A stretch of 64,000 nt of DNA from the human T2T-CHM13v2.0 reference genome, Homo sapiens, in contig CP086569.2 in the NCBI GenBank assembly GCA_009914755.4, positions 7,040,001-7,104,000 of the forward strand, given 5' to 3'. Below, one piece after another: positions 17,003 through 29,900 of this stretch. The position numbers were made by a program, and so were the translations under genes. The notes under the pieces are model-generated. The model was not told the DNA's origin, did no database searches, and worked only from the letters and a program-made list of their open reading frames with translations. How positions within the stretch are numbered: position 1 is the first letter of the stretch; each line of letters starts with the position of its first letter.

Positions 17003-17380
17003 TGATATGGTTTGGCTGTCCCCACCCAGATCTCATCTTGAATTTTGGTTCCTATAATTCCCATGTGTCGTAAGAGGGACGCAGTGGGAGGTAATTGAAT
17101 CATGGGGGCAGTTTCCCCCATGCTGTTCTTGTGATAGTGAGTGAGTGAGTTATTACGAGATCTTATGGTTTTATAAGGGGCTTTCTCCCCTTTTGCTCAG
17201 CACCTCTCTCTCCTAACACCATGTTAAGAATGACGTGTTTGCTTCCCCTTCCTCCATGATTGTAAGTTTCCTGAGGCCTCCCCAACCCTGTGGAACTGTG
17301 AGTCAATTAAACCTTTTTCCTTTATAAATTACCCAGTCTTGGGTATGTTTTTATTAGCAGCTTGAAAACAGACTAGTATA
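17003..17380 (+). mobile_element. MaLR solo LTR, THE1-type
   Basis: tgatatggtttggctgtccccacccagatctcatcttgaattttggttcctataattcccatgtgtcgtaagagggac...aattgaatcatgggggcag...ctgtgagtcaattaaacctttttcctttataaattacccagtcttgggtatgtttttattagcagcttgaaaacagactagtata matches the THE1 consensus ends TGATATGG...GACTAATACA. Confidence 0.85.
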
Positions 17381-19099
17381 TACTAAACATAAAAATAGAA
17401 CAGAATGGAATGCCCCAAGTTACTGCCTTCTCTATATGAGAAAAAGGGCATTACACATTAATAGTGAATAGCATTGTGGAAACTAATTCATTATATGAAG
17501 GAAAAGAAAGCTGAGTCTTTGTCTAATCATTCCTTAGAAGGATGATCTCTAGATGGATTCAGGACTAAAGTATTAAAGATCAAGTCATAAAATTTGTAAA
17601 AGAAAATGAAGAGGAATGCCTCTCCAGCCTTAGAAGTGGGCAAAGATTTTAAAGCAAGTTTCTAACAGCACAAATTCTTAGGTATAACATCGAGTAATTT
17701 GAAGATGTCAAAATTAAAATGTTCTATCCTGGGAAGGGTATCACGGACAAAGTTTAACAGTTGAGAGGATGACAGCAGTTCTTTGTGAAATCCAAATTTA
17801 AAAAAAAACTGAAATTATCTAGACTATAGATGGGGCTTCTTCAAAGTAATGGGAAAAAAGATGGGAAACCCTATAGAAACAAACAAAAAAAGGCAATAGG
17901 TCTGAATAGTCAATGCAAAGAAGAGTAAGCCCTATCAACAGCTAAGATCAGAGAATTGCAAATTAAAGGAACAAATGAGAGACATTTTTATACCTATAAA
18001 TATTGCAAACTCTGTAAAACTGGAATATACCTAGTGTTCTCAAGAGTATGAGAGGATGGGAATTTTTCTGCTCACCTGATAAGGATGAATATTGGGATGG
18101 CTATCTGAAGAGCATTCTTGCCAGGCCTTAGCTTTCTGTGAAATAAGTGGACATCTCATGACCCAGCAATATAACTTCTTGGCATAAATCCTAGAGAAAT
18201 TATAAGGTGCACCTTATAATTTCATGCATCTAGAGATGGATGAAGGGACACCTTCCAGATATTCCATGTGGCATAGAATATGAAGGTCATCTCAGGCACT
18301 CATCACTCTACAAGCTCATAAAATGTGGTAGATGCTTACCATGCACCAATAAGCAGCACAATTGTTGCATATTCAGCAACATCATTGAGTCTTTTTTTGT
18401 TTAAATTTAATATATGTATATGTTTGCATGAGTATTATAATTTAAAATATTTGTACATATTTGTGGTTACAAGAAGGTTTAAAAGCTGCTGGTTCAGAAG
18501 TCTTCCTCTTTCACCTTCCTTTTTTCACCTAATTAACACTCTTTCCCATCTTTTAAATGTCAGCTCAAATGTTACTTGCTAATGAAAGCCTTCTTCATCA
18601 TACTCAGGTAGATTTTGTTCTATTGTCAATTGCTTTCTGGATTTATTTTCCTTTACTTTCAAACCTTCACCTCAGGTTGTAATTGGAATTTCATAGTGAT
18701 ATTGTTTGATTGCTGTTTGTTTCCCACAGCTGCCTGTGGGCTCCATGAAAATAGACTCTTTATAGCTATGTTCATCCTTGTATCCCCAGTGCCTAACACA
18801 ATGCTTGAAGCATAATAGACACTTAATAAATATGTGTTAAATGAATTTGTCTTCTCATTGAATCTTCTCATATGATCTCGTTTTAGTGATATCAGCAATA
18901 TTAAAACACTCCATGGGATATGATGAGCAGACAGAGGGCATCTTATTTCACTAGATGTGCAAGCTCTTCTATGAATTAACTCTTTAAACCACAAAAGCAC
19001 ATTCCTAGTTTTCAGAAAACTGGGACAATGATTGAATACAGATGGAATAAAAGGACTTCCCCTATTGAGACTCATAGCAGGTAAAAGTGAAATCTGACA

Positions 19100-19100
19100 T

Positions 19101-19139
<39 letters not shown>

Positions 19140-19362
19140 TTTTGAGACAGAGTATTTCTCTGTCCTACAGGCTGCCATGCAGTGGTGCAATCTCGGCTCA
19201 CTGCAACCACAGCCTCCCAGGTTCAAGCGATTCTCATGCCTCAGCCTCCTGAGTAGCTGGGATTACAGTCATGTGCCACCAGGCCTGGCTAATTATTTTG
19301 TTCTTTTAGTAGAGATGGGATTTCACTATGTTGGCCAGGTTGGCCTCTAACTCCTAAGTGTG
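19100..19362 (-). mobile_element. (TTTA)n tail plus Alu (minus), truncated
   Basis: (tttattta)n at 19101-19141 followed by gagacagagtatttctctgtcctacaggctgccatgcagtggtgcaatctcggctcactgcaacc... Confidence 0.8.
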
Positions 19363-21990
19363 AACAAATTCATGGGGAAGTTTGAACTGGGCAGACCCCA
19401 CCGCAGCTCAGCAAAGCCACTGTGACCAGACTGCCTTTCTAGATTCCCTCCTCTTCGGGCAGGGCATCTTAAAAAAAAAAAAAAAAAAAAAGGAAAGCAA
19501 CAGTCCCAGTCAGAGACTTATAGATAAAACCCCCACCTCCCTGGGACAGAGCACCTGGGGGAAGGGGTGGTTGTGGACTAAGCTTCAATAGACTTAACTG
19601 TCCCTGCCTGTCAGCTCTGAAGAGAGCAGTGGATCTCTCAGCACAGTATTTGAGCTCTGATAAGGGACAGATTGCCTCCTCAAGTGGGTCCCAGACTCCG
19701 AGTATCCTGACTGGGAGACACCTCACAGTAGGGGCCAACAGACATCTCATACGGGAGAGCTGTGGCTGGCATCTGGTGGGTGCCCCTCTGGGATAAGGCT
19801 TCCAGAGGAAGGAATAGGCAGCAATCCTTGCTGTTCTGTAGCCTCCCCTGGTGATACCCAGGCAAACAAGGCCTGGAGTGCACCTCCAGCAGACTCTGCA
19901 AACCTGCAGCAGAGGAGCCTGACTGTTAGAAGGAAAACTGACAAACGGAAAGGAATAGTAGCAACATCAACAAAAAGGACATCCACTCAGAGACCATATC
20001 CAAAGGTCACTGGCATCAGAGACCAAAGGTAGATAAATCCTCAAAAGTGGGGAGAAACCAGCACAAAAAGGCTGAAAACTCCAAAAACCAGAATGCCTCT
20101 TCTCCTCCAAAGGATCATAGCTCTTCATCAGCAAGGGAACAAAACTGGACAGAGAATGATTTTGATGAATTGACAGAAGTAGACTTCAGAAAGTGGAAAA
20201 TAACAAACTACTCTGAGCTAAAGGAGCATGTTCTAACTCAATGGAAGGAAGCTAAGAACCTTGAAAAAAAGTTAGACAAATTGCTAACTAGAATAACCAA
20301 GTTACAGAAGAACATAAATGACCTGATGGAGCTGAAAAACATAGCATGAGAACTTTGTGAAGCATAAACAAGTGTCAATAGCCAAATCAATCAAGCAGAA
20401 GAAAGGATATCAAGGATTGAAGATCAACTCAATGAAATAAAGTGAAAAGGCAAGATTACAGTGAAAAGAAATGAACAAAGCTTTCAAGAAATATGGGACT
20501 ATGTGAAAAGACCAAACGTACATTTGATAGGTGTACCTGAAAGTGACGGGAAGAATAGAACAAACTTGGAAAACACTCTTCAGAATATTTCAAGCAGAAC
20601 TTCCCCAACCTAGCAAGACAGGCCAACCTTCAAATTCAGAAAATACAGAGAACATAACAAAGATACTCCTTGAGAAGAGCAACCCAAAGACACATAATTA
20701 TCAGATTTACCAAGGTTGGAATGAGGGAAAGAATGTTAAGGGCAGCCAGAGAGAAAGGTCAGGTTACCCACAAGGGGAAGCCCATCAGTCTAACAGCAGA
20801 TCTGTCTGCAGAAACCCTAGAAACCAGAAGACAGTGGGGGCCAATATTCAACATTCTTAAAGAAAAGAAGTTTCAATGCGGAATTTCATATCCAGCCAAA
20901 CTAAGCATCCTAAATGAAGGGAAAATAAAATCCTTTACCGACAAGAAAATGCTGAGAGATTTTGTCACCATCAGAGCTGCTTTACAAGAGCACTTGATGG
21001 AAGCAATAAACATGGAAAGGAACAACCGGTACCAGCCACTGCAAAAACATACTAAATTGTAAAGCCCATTGATGTTGTGAAGAAACTGCATCAACTAATA
21101 GACAAAATAACCAGCTAGCATCATAATGGCAGGATCAAATTCACCAATAACAATATTAACCTTAAATGTAAATGGGCTAAATGCCCCAATTAAGAGACAT
21201 AGACTGGAAAATTGGATAGAGTCAAGACCCATCAGTGTGCTTGCTGTATTCAGGAGACTCACCTCATGTACAAAGACACACATAGGCTCAAAATAAAGGG
21301 ATAGAGGAATATTTACCAAGCAAATGGACAGAAAAAAAAAAAACAAGGGTTGCAATCCTAGTCTAGTCTCTGATAAAACACACTTTAAAACAACAAACAT
21401 CAAAAGAGACAAAGAAAGGCATTACATATTGGTAAAGGGATCAATGCAACAAGAAGAGCTAACTATCCTAAATATATATGGACCCAATACAGGAGCACCC
21501 AGATTCATAAAGCAAGTTCTTAGAGACCTACAAAGAGACTTAGACTCCACACAATAATAATGGGAGACTTGAATACCCCACTGTGATTATTAGACAGATC
21601 GATGAGACAGAAAATTAACAAGGATATCCAGGACTTGAACTCAGCTCTGGACCAAGCAGACCTAATAGACATCGACAGAACTCCACCCCAAATCAACAGA
21701 ATATACATTATTCTCAGCATCACATTGCACTTATTCTAAAATTGACCGCATAATTGGAAGTAAAACACTCCTCAGCAAATGCAAAAGAGTGGAAATCGTA
21801 ACAGTTTCTCAGACCATAGTGCAATCAAATTAGAATTCAGAATTAAGAAACTCACTCAAAACCACACAACTACATGGAAACGGCACGAACTGCTCCTGAT
21901 TGACTACTAGGTAAATAACAAAATGAAGGCAGAAATAAAGATGTTCTTTGAAACCAGTGAGAAGAAAGAGGCAATGTACCAGAATTTTCA
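19363..21990 (+). mobile_element. L1 (older L1PA/L1PB-like) 5' portion: part of the 5'UTR, a degenerate ORF1, and the ORF2 endonuclease domain. Truncated at the 3' side
   Basis: 5'UTR-like ...ctgtcagctctgaagagagcagtggatctctcagcac...gactgttagaaggaaaactgacaaacggaaaggaa. ORF1-like ORF 20047-20349 and ORFs 20531-21062 (...RFTKVGMRERMLRAAREKGQVTHKGKPISLTADLSAETLETRRQWGPIFNILKEKKFQ...). ORF2 start ...nnnnnintlnvnglnapikrhrlenwi... at ~21120-21990. Confidence 0.85.
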
Positions 21991-22189
21991 TTATTGCAAA
22001 ATAACTGCTAAAAACTGTAGTGAATATGCTTTATTGCTTCTTTATAGCTAAGCCTTTTCTTGCCTTCACAAGAAGATATAGCAGAAAGTTTCTGGGAAGA
22101 CCCCAGTTCATATTTCTACTATTTAGTGTGCCTGGTATTCACACTATTATAAGGTCTAAACTGGAGATCACTATTAAAAGAATTCTCAG

Positions 22190-22270
22190 CCGGGTGTGGT
22201 GGCTCAGTCTTGTAATCCCAGCACTTTGGGAGGCCGAGGCAGGCAGATCACTTGTTAGGAGTTTGAGACA
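22190..22270 (+). mobile_element. Alu 5' fragment (~80 bp)
   Basis: cagccgggtgtggtggctcagtcttgtaatcccagcactttgggaggccgaggcaggcagatcacttg. Confidence 0.7.
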
Positions 22271-22739
22271 TCATTGAGTCTTGCAAACATTTTTATTGAG
22301 TTAGTGACGTGAAGAACCAGAATGCCATTTATAGCACAATACCATTTCTCTAAATGAAAAACATACACTCATAAGGCAACACTATCAATTTTACAAACAA
22401 CAGGCATAGTTAAGGGCCACGTGTCAAACAGATTTCATGAGGGGACTGTGAGTTTCCAGGAGTGGGGATCTGGGGGTGAATTGGGAAGAAACATATTAAC
22501 AAGGAAAGGGTCTTGCCATAGGTGATGGTGATTGTGAATAAGAAGCACAGTCAACTCAACTCTTGCTACTGATATCCAAATTGAAAGAACCACCAAAAAA
22601 GTATGAATAATTAGGATTTAGCCAGGTGAACACAAAGGGGTAGGGAAGAAAAGAAGGGTATATAATTGGTTTGAGATTAGAAACAACATCCTGGATATAC
22701 TTCAAGGTTTATTCACTTTGGTATTACCACCATTCACAG

Positions 22740-22900
22740 CTGGATAATCCTTTGTCCTGAGGGACTAGCCTGTGCCTTCTAGGGTTTTGAGCAGCATCCC
22801 TGGGCTCTACCCACCAGATGCTACTAGCACCCCAAATGTGAAAGCCAAAACTCTCTCCAGAAAGTGTTTCCTGTCCTCTGTGGGTGATGGAGAGGAAATC
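22740..22900 (-). repeat. fragment of an ancient interspersed repeat, probably an old L1 (L1M/L1PB-type) 3'UTR segment. The same motif is present at 35150-35290 (+), 39590-39760 (-) and 49030-49200 (+)
   Basis: shared motif ...agggttttgagcagcatccctgggctctacccaccagatgc(t/c)a(c/g)tagcacccc... At 48890-49200 the same motif is contiguous with recognisable old L1 3'UTR sequence, which supports an L1 origin. Confidence 0.35.
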
Positions 22901-23695
22901 TCTCCTGTTGGGGATGCCCAATAGAGGAAAATCAAGATGACATAAAGAGAGGAGACTGAAGAGTAAAGTCTTGGGTGTCTTACAAAAAACTTGGGATTTT
23001 ATTTTGAACCATCTACAGAGTCCCAAGAGGGGATTTTATCAGATTGGCATTGGGAAGTGTTGCCTGAGTGCTTAGAGCTCTTCAATCACTTGAGGTCACG
23101 TTTCCCTTTTCTACCCAGATAAAAGATCTGAAGTCATTCCATTGCAACAGGGACTTTTTCATGACCTTCCCAATATTTCCAAGGCTATCTGGAAGCGGAT
23201 TTTGGCAGCAGTGGCACTTATATTCTCCAAGACACGTTCTCTCCAAATTCTGCCTCTTGGCGCAACCACTACGCCCTTCCTTCCTCCTTCATACTATCTG
23301 TGTTCAGAAGCCTGCCTTCGTCATTCCCCTTGTTTCTGTTTGTCCCTTCTTTGTTAAACCTGTAGACATTACATTCTTGTTAGTAATACAGTGAGAGCAC
23401 CATAGACATCACAACACGAACACCAGAATTTGCTGATTGTAAAACTCCCTTCACTATTCCTGTCAAGGGGAATCACTCCATGGTTCTTTTTCTTTAAGAC
23501 CTGGGGTGCTGTTGCCATCCTGATCTCTCTATTTGAGGTTCTTTCCCATTTACCTTCTCCTCTTTCAAGGACTGCTGCCAGGCAACAACCCCCAAATTCC
23601 TTGGCTCTATTAGGGATGGCAATTCTGCTCCCTTCTGATGCATTTCCTGACATAGACACTGGGATACACATGTTAGGTTTACCTTTCTTCCCTTC

Positions 23696-24063
23696 TGTAT
23701 TGGTCTGTTTTCATACTGCTATAAAGAACTGCCTAACACTGGGTAATTTATAAAGGAAAGAGGTTTAATTGACTCACAGTCCACATGGCTGAGGAGGACT
23801 CCAGAAACTTACAATCATGGAGGAAGGGGAAGCAGGCACCTTCTTCACAAGGTGGCAGGAAGGAGAAGTGCTGAGTGAAGGGGGAAGAGCCCCTTATAAA
23901 ACCATCAGATCTCATGAGAACTGACTCATTATCATAAGAACAGCATGGCAGAAATCATCCCCACAATCCAATTACCCACCTTGTCTCTCCTTGACATGTG
24001 GGAATTATGGGGATTACAATTCAAGATGAGATTTGGGTGGGGACACAAAGCCTAGCCATATCA
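23696..24063 (-). mobile_element. MaLR solo LTR (THE1/MST-type), minus orientation
   Basis: reverse complement of the THE1-like ends: tgtattggtctgttttcatactgctataaagaactgcctaacactgggtaatttataaagg...gatttgggtggggacacaaagcctagccatatca. Confidence 0.8.
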
Positions 24064-25233
24064 CCTTCCCTCTTCTGTCTCTGCTGGTCCTAATCTTACA
24101 AATTTAGGTGGCAGATGGGGAACGGAGAAAGCCAACAGAAGAGTGACATCATGGGACATACATGAAGATATGGTACAACCTTCAAAAACAGGAGAAAAGA
24201 GGAAATGCACAGGGGAGTGTGTATCAAGTGGAAAGAAGCTGAGCATTTTTTACATGTGTGTGGCTTGGGGGAGGCAGATATGCAGAGCTGAGGTCATTAC
24301 CCAGTAGTTGTGGGCAAAACAGGGCTTGCCAGCCTATATATGTGGTTTTTGAAGTGCTGAATTCTCCAAAATGTAATAAGAATTTGTGAATTATAAAACT
24401 GTTGTATTGGGTGATTTCCCTTAAAAAAATCCCACCATCTCTGGCTGACATCCTGGAGTAAGAACTGTCAGTTAAAATTGATTCAGTGTGATTCAGCATG
24501 CAGTTCTAAATATTAGCATTTACACCTACATCTCCTTAGCCCACACTGCCTCAGCCATTAACTCACTGGCTAGACATCTGAGTGTGAAAATCCTCAGCCA
24601 CTCCCATTCGCTATCCAGAGTTTATCAATGTGAACTTGCATATTAGCTCATTATTTTAGAATTTAAAATGTTGCCTTTCTATCATAATTACTTGTATCAT
24701 GTGCCTTAAGGTTTCAAAATTAATGCATCTTGTCATATCTTCAAATTCATTGGGCTGCTTTCATCTGTTGACTTAGGTCTTCCATCAATTCAAGAAACTT
24801 TTATTTCTTTTTGTGATTTCTTTTGGTTGAATATACTTGTCTTCTGGGATAACTTTTTTTTATATATTCTTGCTGAACAACAAACCTATTATTTCATTAC
24901 ATTAAACTGTTCTCTTGATTTTGAACTTCCTGAGTTTTCTTCCATTTCTCAGCCTTGATATTCTGCAGGATATAATCTGACATTTGCCACTTCCTAAGAA
25001 AATTTATCCACATCAGTGTAGGTTTTCTTGTCTATGCATTTCACCATAATTTAGTAAATTTTGCATGCTTTCACAATAAACCTTTTCAGAAATAGCAATT
25101 TGTCTTTATTCCCGGAGTCCTCTTCCCTCTTTCGGATGAGCGGTAGTTTTTCCTCTGTTGACAGGATTGGTTAAAAAGGAAGGTTAGTGGAGTGGAAGTA
25201 ACTCAGAAAACCATTGTTCTTTTTCTTTCCTTT

Positions 25234-25535
<302 letters not shown>

Positions 25536-26341
25536 TTTTCTAGTCTTCTGATTGTGTGAATGTTCACCCCATGGTCAATCCTTCATTGCAATTCCTTGGG
25601 CATTAGTGAGAATCCATTTTATTTCTCTTTTCTGCATTTCCCCCAACTCTGCCAGCTTTCTTGGTCCATTTGGGCTGCAATTATAAATTTCCATAGACTG
25701 GAAATATATAAACAATAGAAATTTATTTCTCACACTTCTGGAGGCTGGAAGTTCAAGATTAATGTGACAGAAAATTTGGTATGTGATCAAGGTTCTCTCC
25801 TTCAGAGATGGTGCCTTCTTGCTGTGTCCTTCCATGACGGAAGGGACAAAGGAGCTCTCTCTGGAGTCCCTTTTATAAGGGCACTAGTCTCATTCATATA
25901 GCTCCACCCTCAGGATCTCATGACCTCCCAAAAGCCCCATCTCCTAACACCATCTCCTTGGGAATTAAGATTTCAACATCTGAATCTTGGGGTAACACAA
26001 ACTTTCAGACCATAGCACTGGTTTACTGCTCTTTAGGATTAGAGGAAAGTGGTTTGCAGATTACTTCTCCATAACCCTTCATTTTCTTTCTGCCAAATTC
26101 TGAATGGGGTAAATTCTGTGAAGTTTGGGTAATATTGTGGCATTCTGCCTAATGACATGGGTTTTCTTGGAGATCTGTGGGTTTATATGCCCAGTCTCCT
26201 GCTACCATCCTACCTAGAAGTTTGTTCATATTTTTACATGAATGTTTATTTATATTACATATGGAAATTGTATTCTTATTTTTATTCAGTGCCCAAAATA
26301 CAGTAGAAAGCCCCAAACATTTGTCTCTTAATTTAACTTAG

Positions 26342-26745
<404 letters not shown>

Positions 26746-27079
26746 TTTTCCAATATTTTTTATTAAATCTTTTACAGTTTTTATAAAACGTTCAACTCCA
26801 AAAGAAATAAATAACAGAATTTTAAAAATTCTATGGTGCAAATAAACAACATACTGATGAAACATTCTGCCTTCAAACATATATATCTCATGAGTTCATT
26901 TTTGTTTATTTCCACTCTGACCATTTTAGTTTAAGCTTGCATCCTCAGCTTCCTGGCTGTACTGGAAGAACTGCCTGTTCCTCTCATTATAAATTTCTCC
27001 AAACTATTCATCACTCATAATACATCAAAGCCTTTGAAATCATAAGTTACTCTCTATAATCTCTTCTTTTTGCATTTAG

Positions 27080-27103
27080 AATAATAATAATAATAATAAT
27101 AAA
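27080..27103 (+). repeat. (TAA)n microsatellite
   Basis: aataataataataataataat. Confidence 0.9.
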
Positions 27104-28316
27104 ATAACAATAAACTACCAACACTTTTCCAAGTCTCACAAAGCCCTATATAATCCTGTCTTTGTCCAACCTTCTGGCTCACACTGTGCCACTCCTCTTT
27201 TGTTCCCAGAGGAAAGGTAATTTTCTTGAACAGTAAATAACAGACAAGATGAATGGGAAAATATCCCATTACACTCTTATGCCCAAAACAGAAAATATGA
27301 CAAGTTTTAATGAGATCCCTCTGGCTAAAAGGTTGCTAATGATAATGAAAACAAAAGGGGAAATTACTTCAACACATGCAATTTGCTAAAGAGAAAAATA
27401 AAAAAAAATTTTCAAGAATATTCTTTTATCCAAATTGATGCAATATAGACGTAATTTGGCGTGTCCAATGCAGTGACCTCTGTGGGCCAAGACACTGAAA
27501 TGAAGACCATGGGAAAAAGAGCTCCAGGGCTGGATCCCTGAAAAAATGATTTCACAACATATAAATGTGGTTTATGCCTTTAACCGCAAACAGCTGTCTC
27601 CTACAGCTGTCCCCCTCCAACCAATGGGTGATGGTCAGTGGCTTGCAAATCCTAGGTGTGGTTTGTTCAGACAAGGGCATCTATCTGAGTTTATTACAAA
27701 CTCATCTTAGGAGGGGCAAAGGCCATATTGAAACAGAAAGCCCCAATATCCAAGAGGCCGCTTTCAAATATTTCCCCACCTTGGCTTTTGTGTTGTTACC
27801 ACAGATTTTATTTACCTAAGAATGGCTTCCGCAGCACCATCTGTTTGCCTATCAATTGCAACACTAGGGCATGAAGCCTGCACACATCTTTCATCGATGT
27901 TGCGGAAGGCTCCCAATTGCACAAAAACTTGAATGAATTCCCTACGCCGGAAAATCTGAAAATGTGGATTCTCATTTGCAGAAAGAAGCGTGCATTGCTA
28001 GATATTATCAATACAAAAACTGAAATCCACAAAAACATTTCAAAAGGCTATTTGTACAGGAGTCATCTATGACCAGTAATGCTGGTTTTTAGGGATGGAA
28101 AACGTTCTTGCATTCTCAAGCACAGCACATTCTTCTTTCTTTCAAGAAGGGAACATTTAGGAGAGACTGCCCAAGTTAACTGGGCTTTTGCTCATCTAAC
28201 CTATAGGAAGTTCCTTGGGGCTTGTGAAATGATTAATAAATGCAATGAAAACAAGCAAATATGTAAGGTATGGGTTTCAAAAATACAATTATGTAGAATC
28301 AGGTTTATAAATATTG

Positions 28317-28634
28317 CTCAGCAGCATGGCTCATGCCTGTAATCCCAACATTTTGGGAAGTCAAGGTGGGAAGATGGCTTCAGCCCAGGGGTTCTAGACC
28401 AGCCTGGGCAACATAGTGAGGCCCCATCTCTACTAAAAATTAAAATGAAAAAAATAGCTGGGCATGGTGGGACATGCCAATGGTCCTAGCTACTTACAAG
28501 GCTGAGGCAGGAGGATTGCTTGAGCCCAGGAGTTCAAGGCTGCAGTGAGCTATGATTATGCCACTGCACTGCAGCCTGGGTGACAAGAATGAGACCCTGT
28601 CTCCAGAAAAATTTAAAAATAAATAAATAAAAAG
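28317..28634 (+). mobile_element. Alu, plus orientation
   Basis: gcagcatggctcatgcctgtaatcccaacattttgggaag...ctgcagtgagctatgattatgccactgcactgcagcctgggtgacaagaatgagaccctgtctc. Confidence 0.9.
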
Positions 28635-29361
28635 GTTTATAGAGATAGAAGAAGGCAAGTTGTTTGGAATACAATTATTTCCCTTTAGCATTTTCTCTCA
28701 GTTTTTTAATGGTTTTGATATAGGATGTGCTAAATACGTTAACTTCCATGTTCAACATATTAACATATGAGAATCATTTCCTTAAAGCAAAGGGAAATAA
28801 GAACCATAGCATGTTGGCATGTGTCCTCAGTTCACAAAGAACATACATTTCACCGTTCAAAACATGTGACATTGAAACAACACAAGCAGCCTGCATTCTT
28901 AGCTGTGTTTGCACCTGCTCATAAACCCACAGAACTGGAAGGCAATGTAGCAAACACACAGTCAAACCTCCCACAAGGCCTGTGAGCAGTGTTCACTAAA
29001 ATCAGCATGGCTTGAGTTATAGGTACCTGTTTTGAAATTTGGTTGGCCTCCCAAGTTATGGAACGGAATATGTTTGCATAGGTTTATAGAACAATAGGAC
29101 TAGGAAAAAAACTCAGGCCAAGCCATGTTTTTCCTAATTCTGTCTAGGAATAAATGCATGAATCCTAAAATGCTTTCAAGACTTTGCAGTGTTACAATTT
29201 CTTATTAGGAGCTTGGACTTCTAATCACTTTCAAAAGATGTCTCAAGTGTCATGGCTGATCCAATAGAGGTCAAAACACAAAACAAGCTTAAAGAAAGCA
29301 AAAACCTGTCTACAATAGCTTAAGATTCAGTGTAGAAGTAATACTTTAAAATATATTTAGC

Positions 29362-29568
29362 AGTTCGAGACCTGACATGGCAACATGGTGAAACCATATC
29401 TCTGTAAAAAAAATACAAATTAGCTGGCATGATGGTGAGTGTCTGTGGTCTCAGCTGCTGGGGAGGCTGAGATGAGAGAATCAACTGAGGCCCCAGAGGT
29501 TGAGGCTGCATTAAGCTGTGATTGTGCCATTGCACTGCAGCCTAGATGAGTGAGACCCTGTCTCAAAA
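29362..29568 (+). mobile_element. Alu 3' portion (5'-truncated), plus orientation
   Basis: gttcgagacctgacatggcaacatggtgaaaccatatctctgtaaaaaaaatacaaattagctggcatgatggtg...gcagcctagatgagtgagaccctgtctc. Confidence 0.8.
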
Positions 29569-29900
29569 TATATATATATATAAATTTATAAATGTTATAA
29601 ATATACAATTATATATTTTTAAATTATATATAAGTATATAGTATAAATAATGTTTTTATAGTTGTGTAAAGTTTATACAATTTTATAAATGTAGATATTT
29701 CATTTACACAAATAAAAATATATATTATTGGTAATTATGTAAAATTTATAAATATAAGTATATATACATACCTATGTCTATAAATACATAGAAATATTAT
29801 ATAATTCTACATATTTATATATAATTGTCAATTTATAAATATAAATACATTTATACATAAATATATGTATATGTTTATATATATTTAAATATAACAGGGA
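29569..29900 (+). repeat. AT-rich simple/low-complexity region ((TA)n and TATAAA-type repeats)
   Basis: direct reading. Confidence 0.85.
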
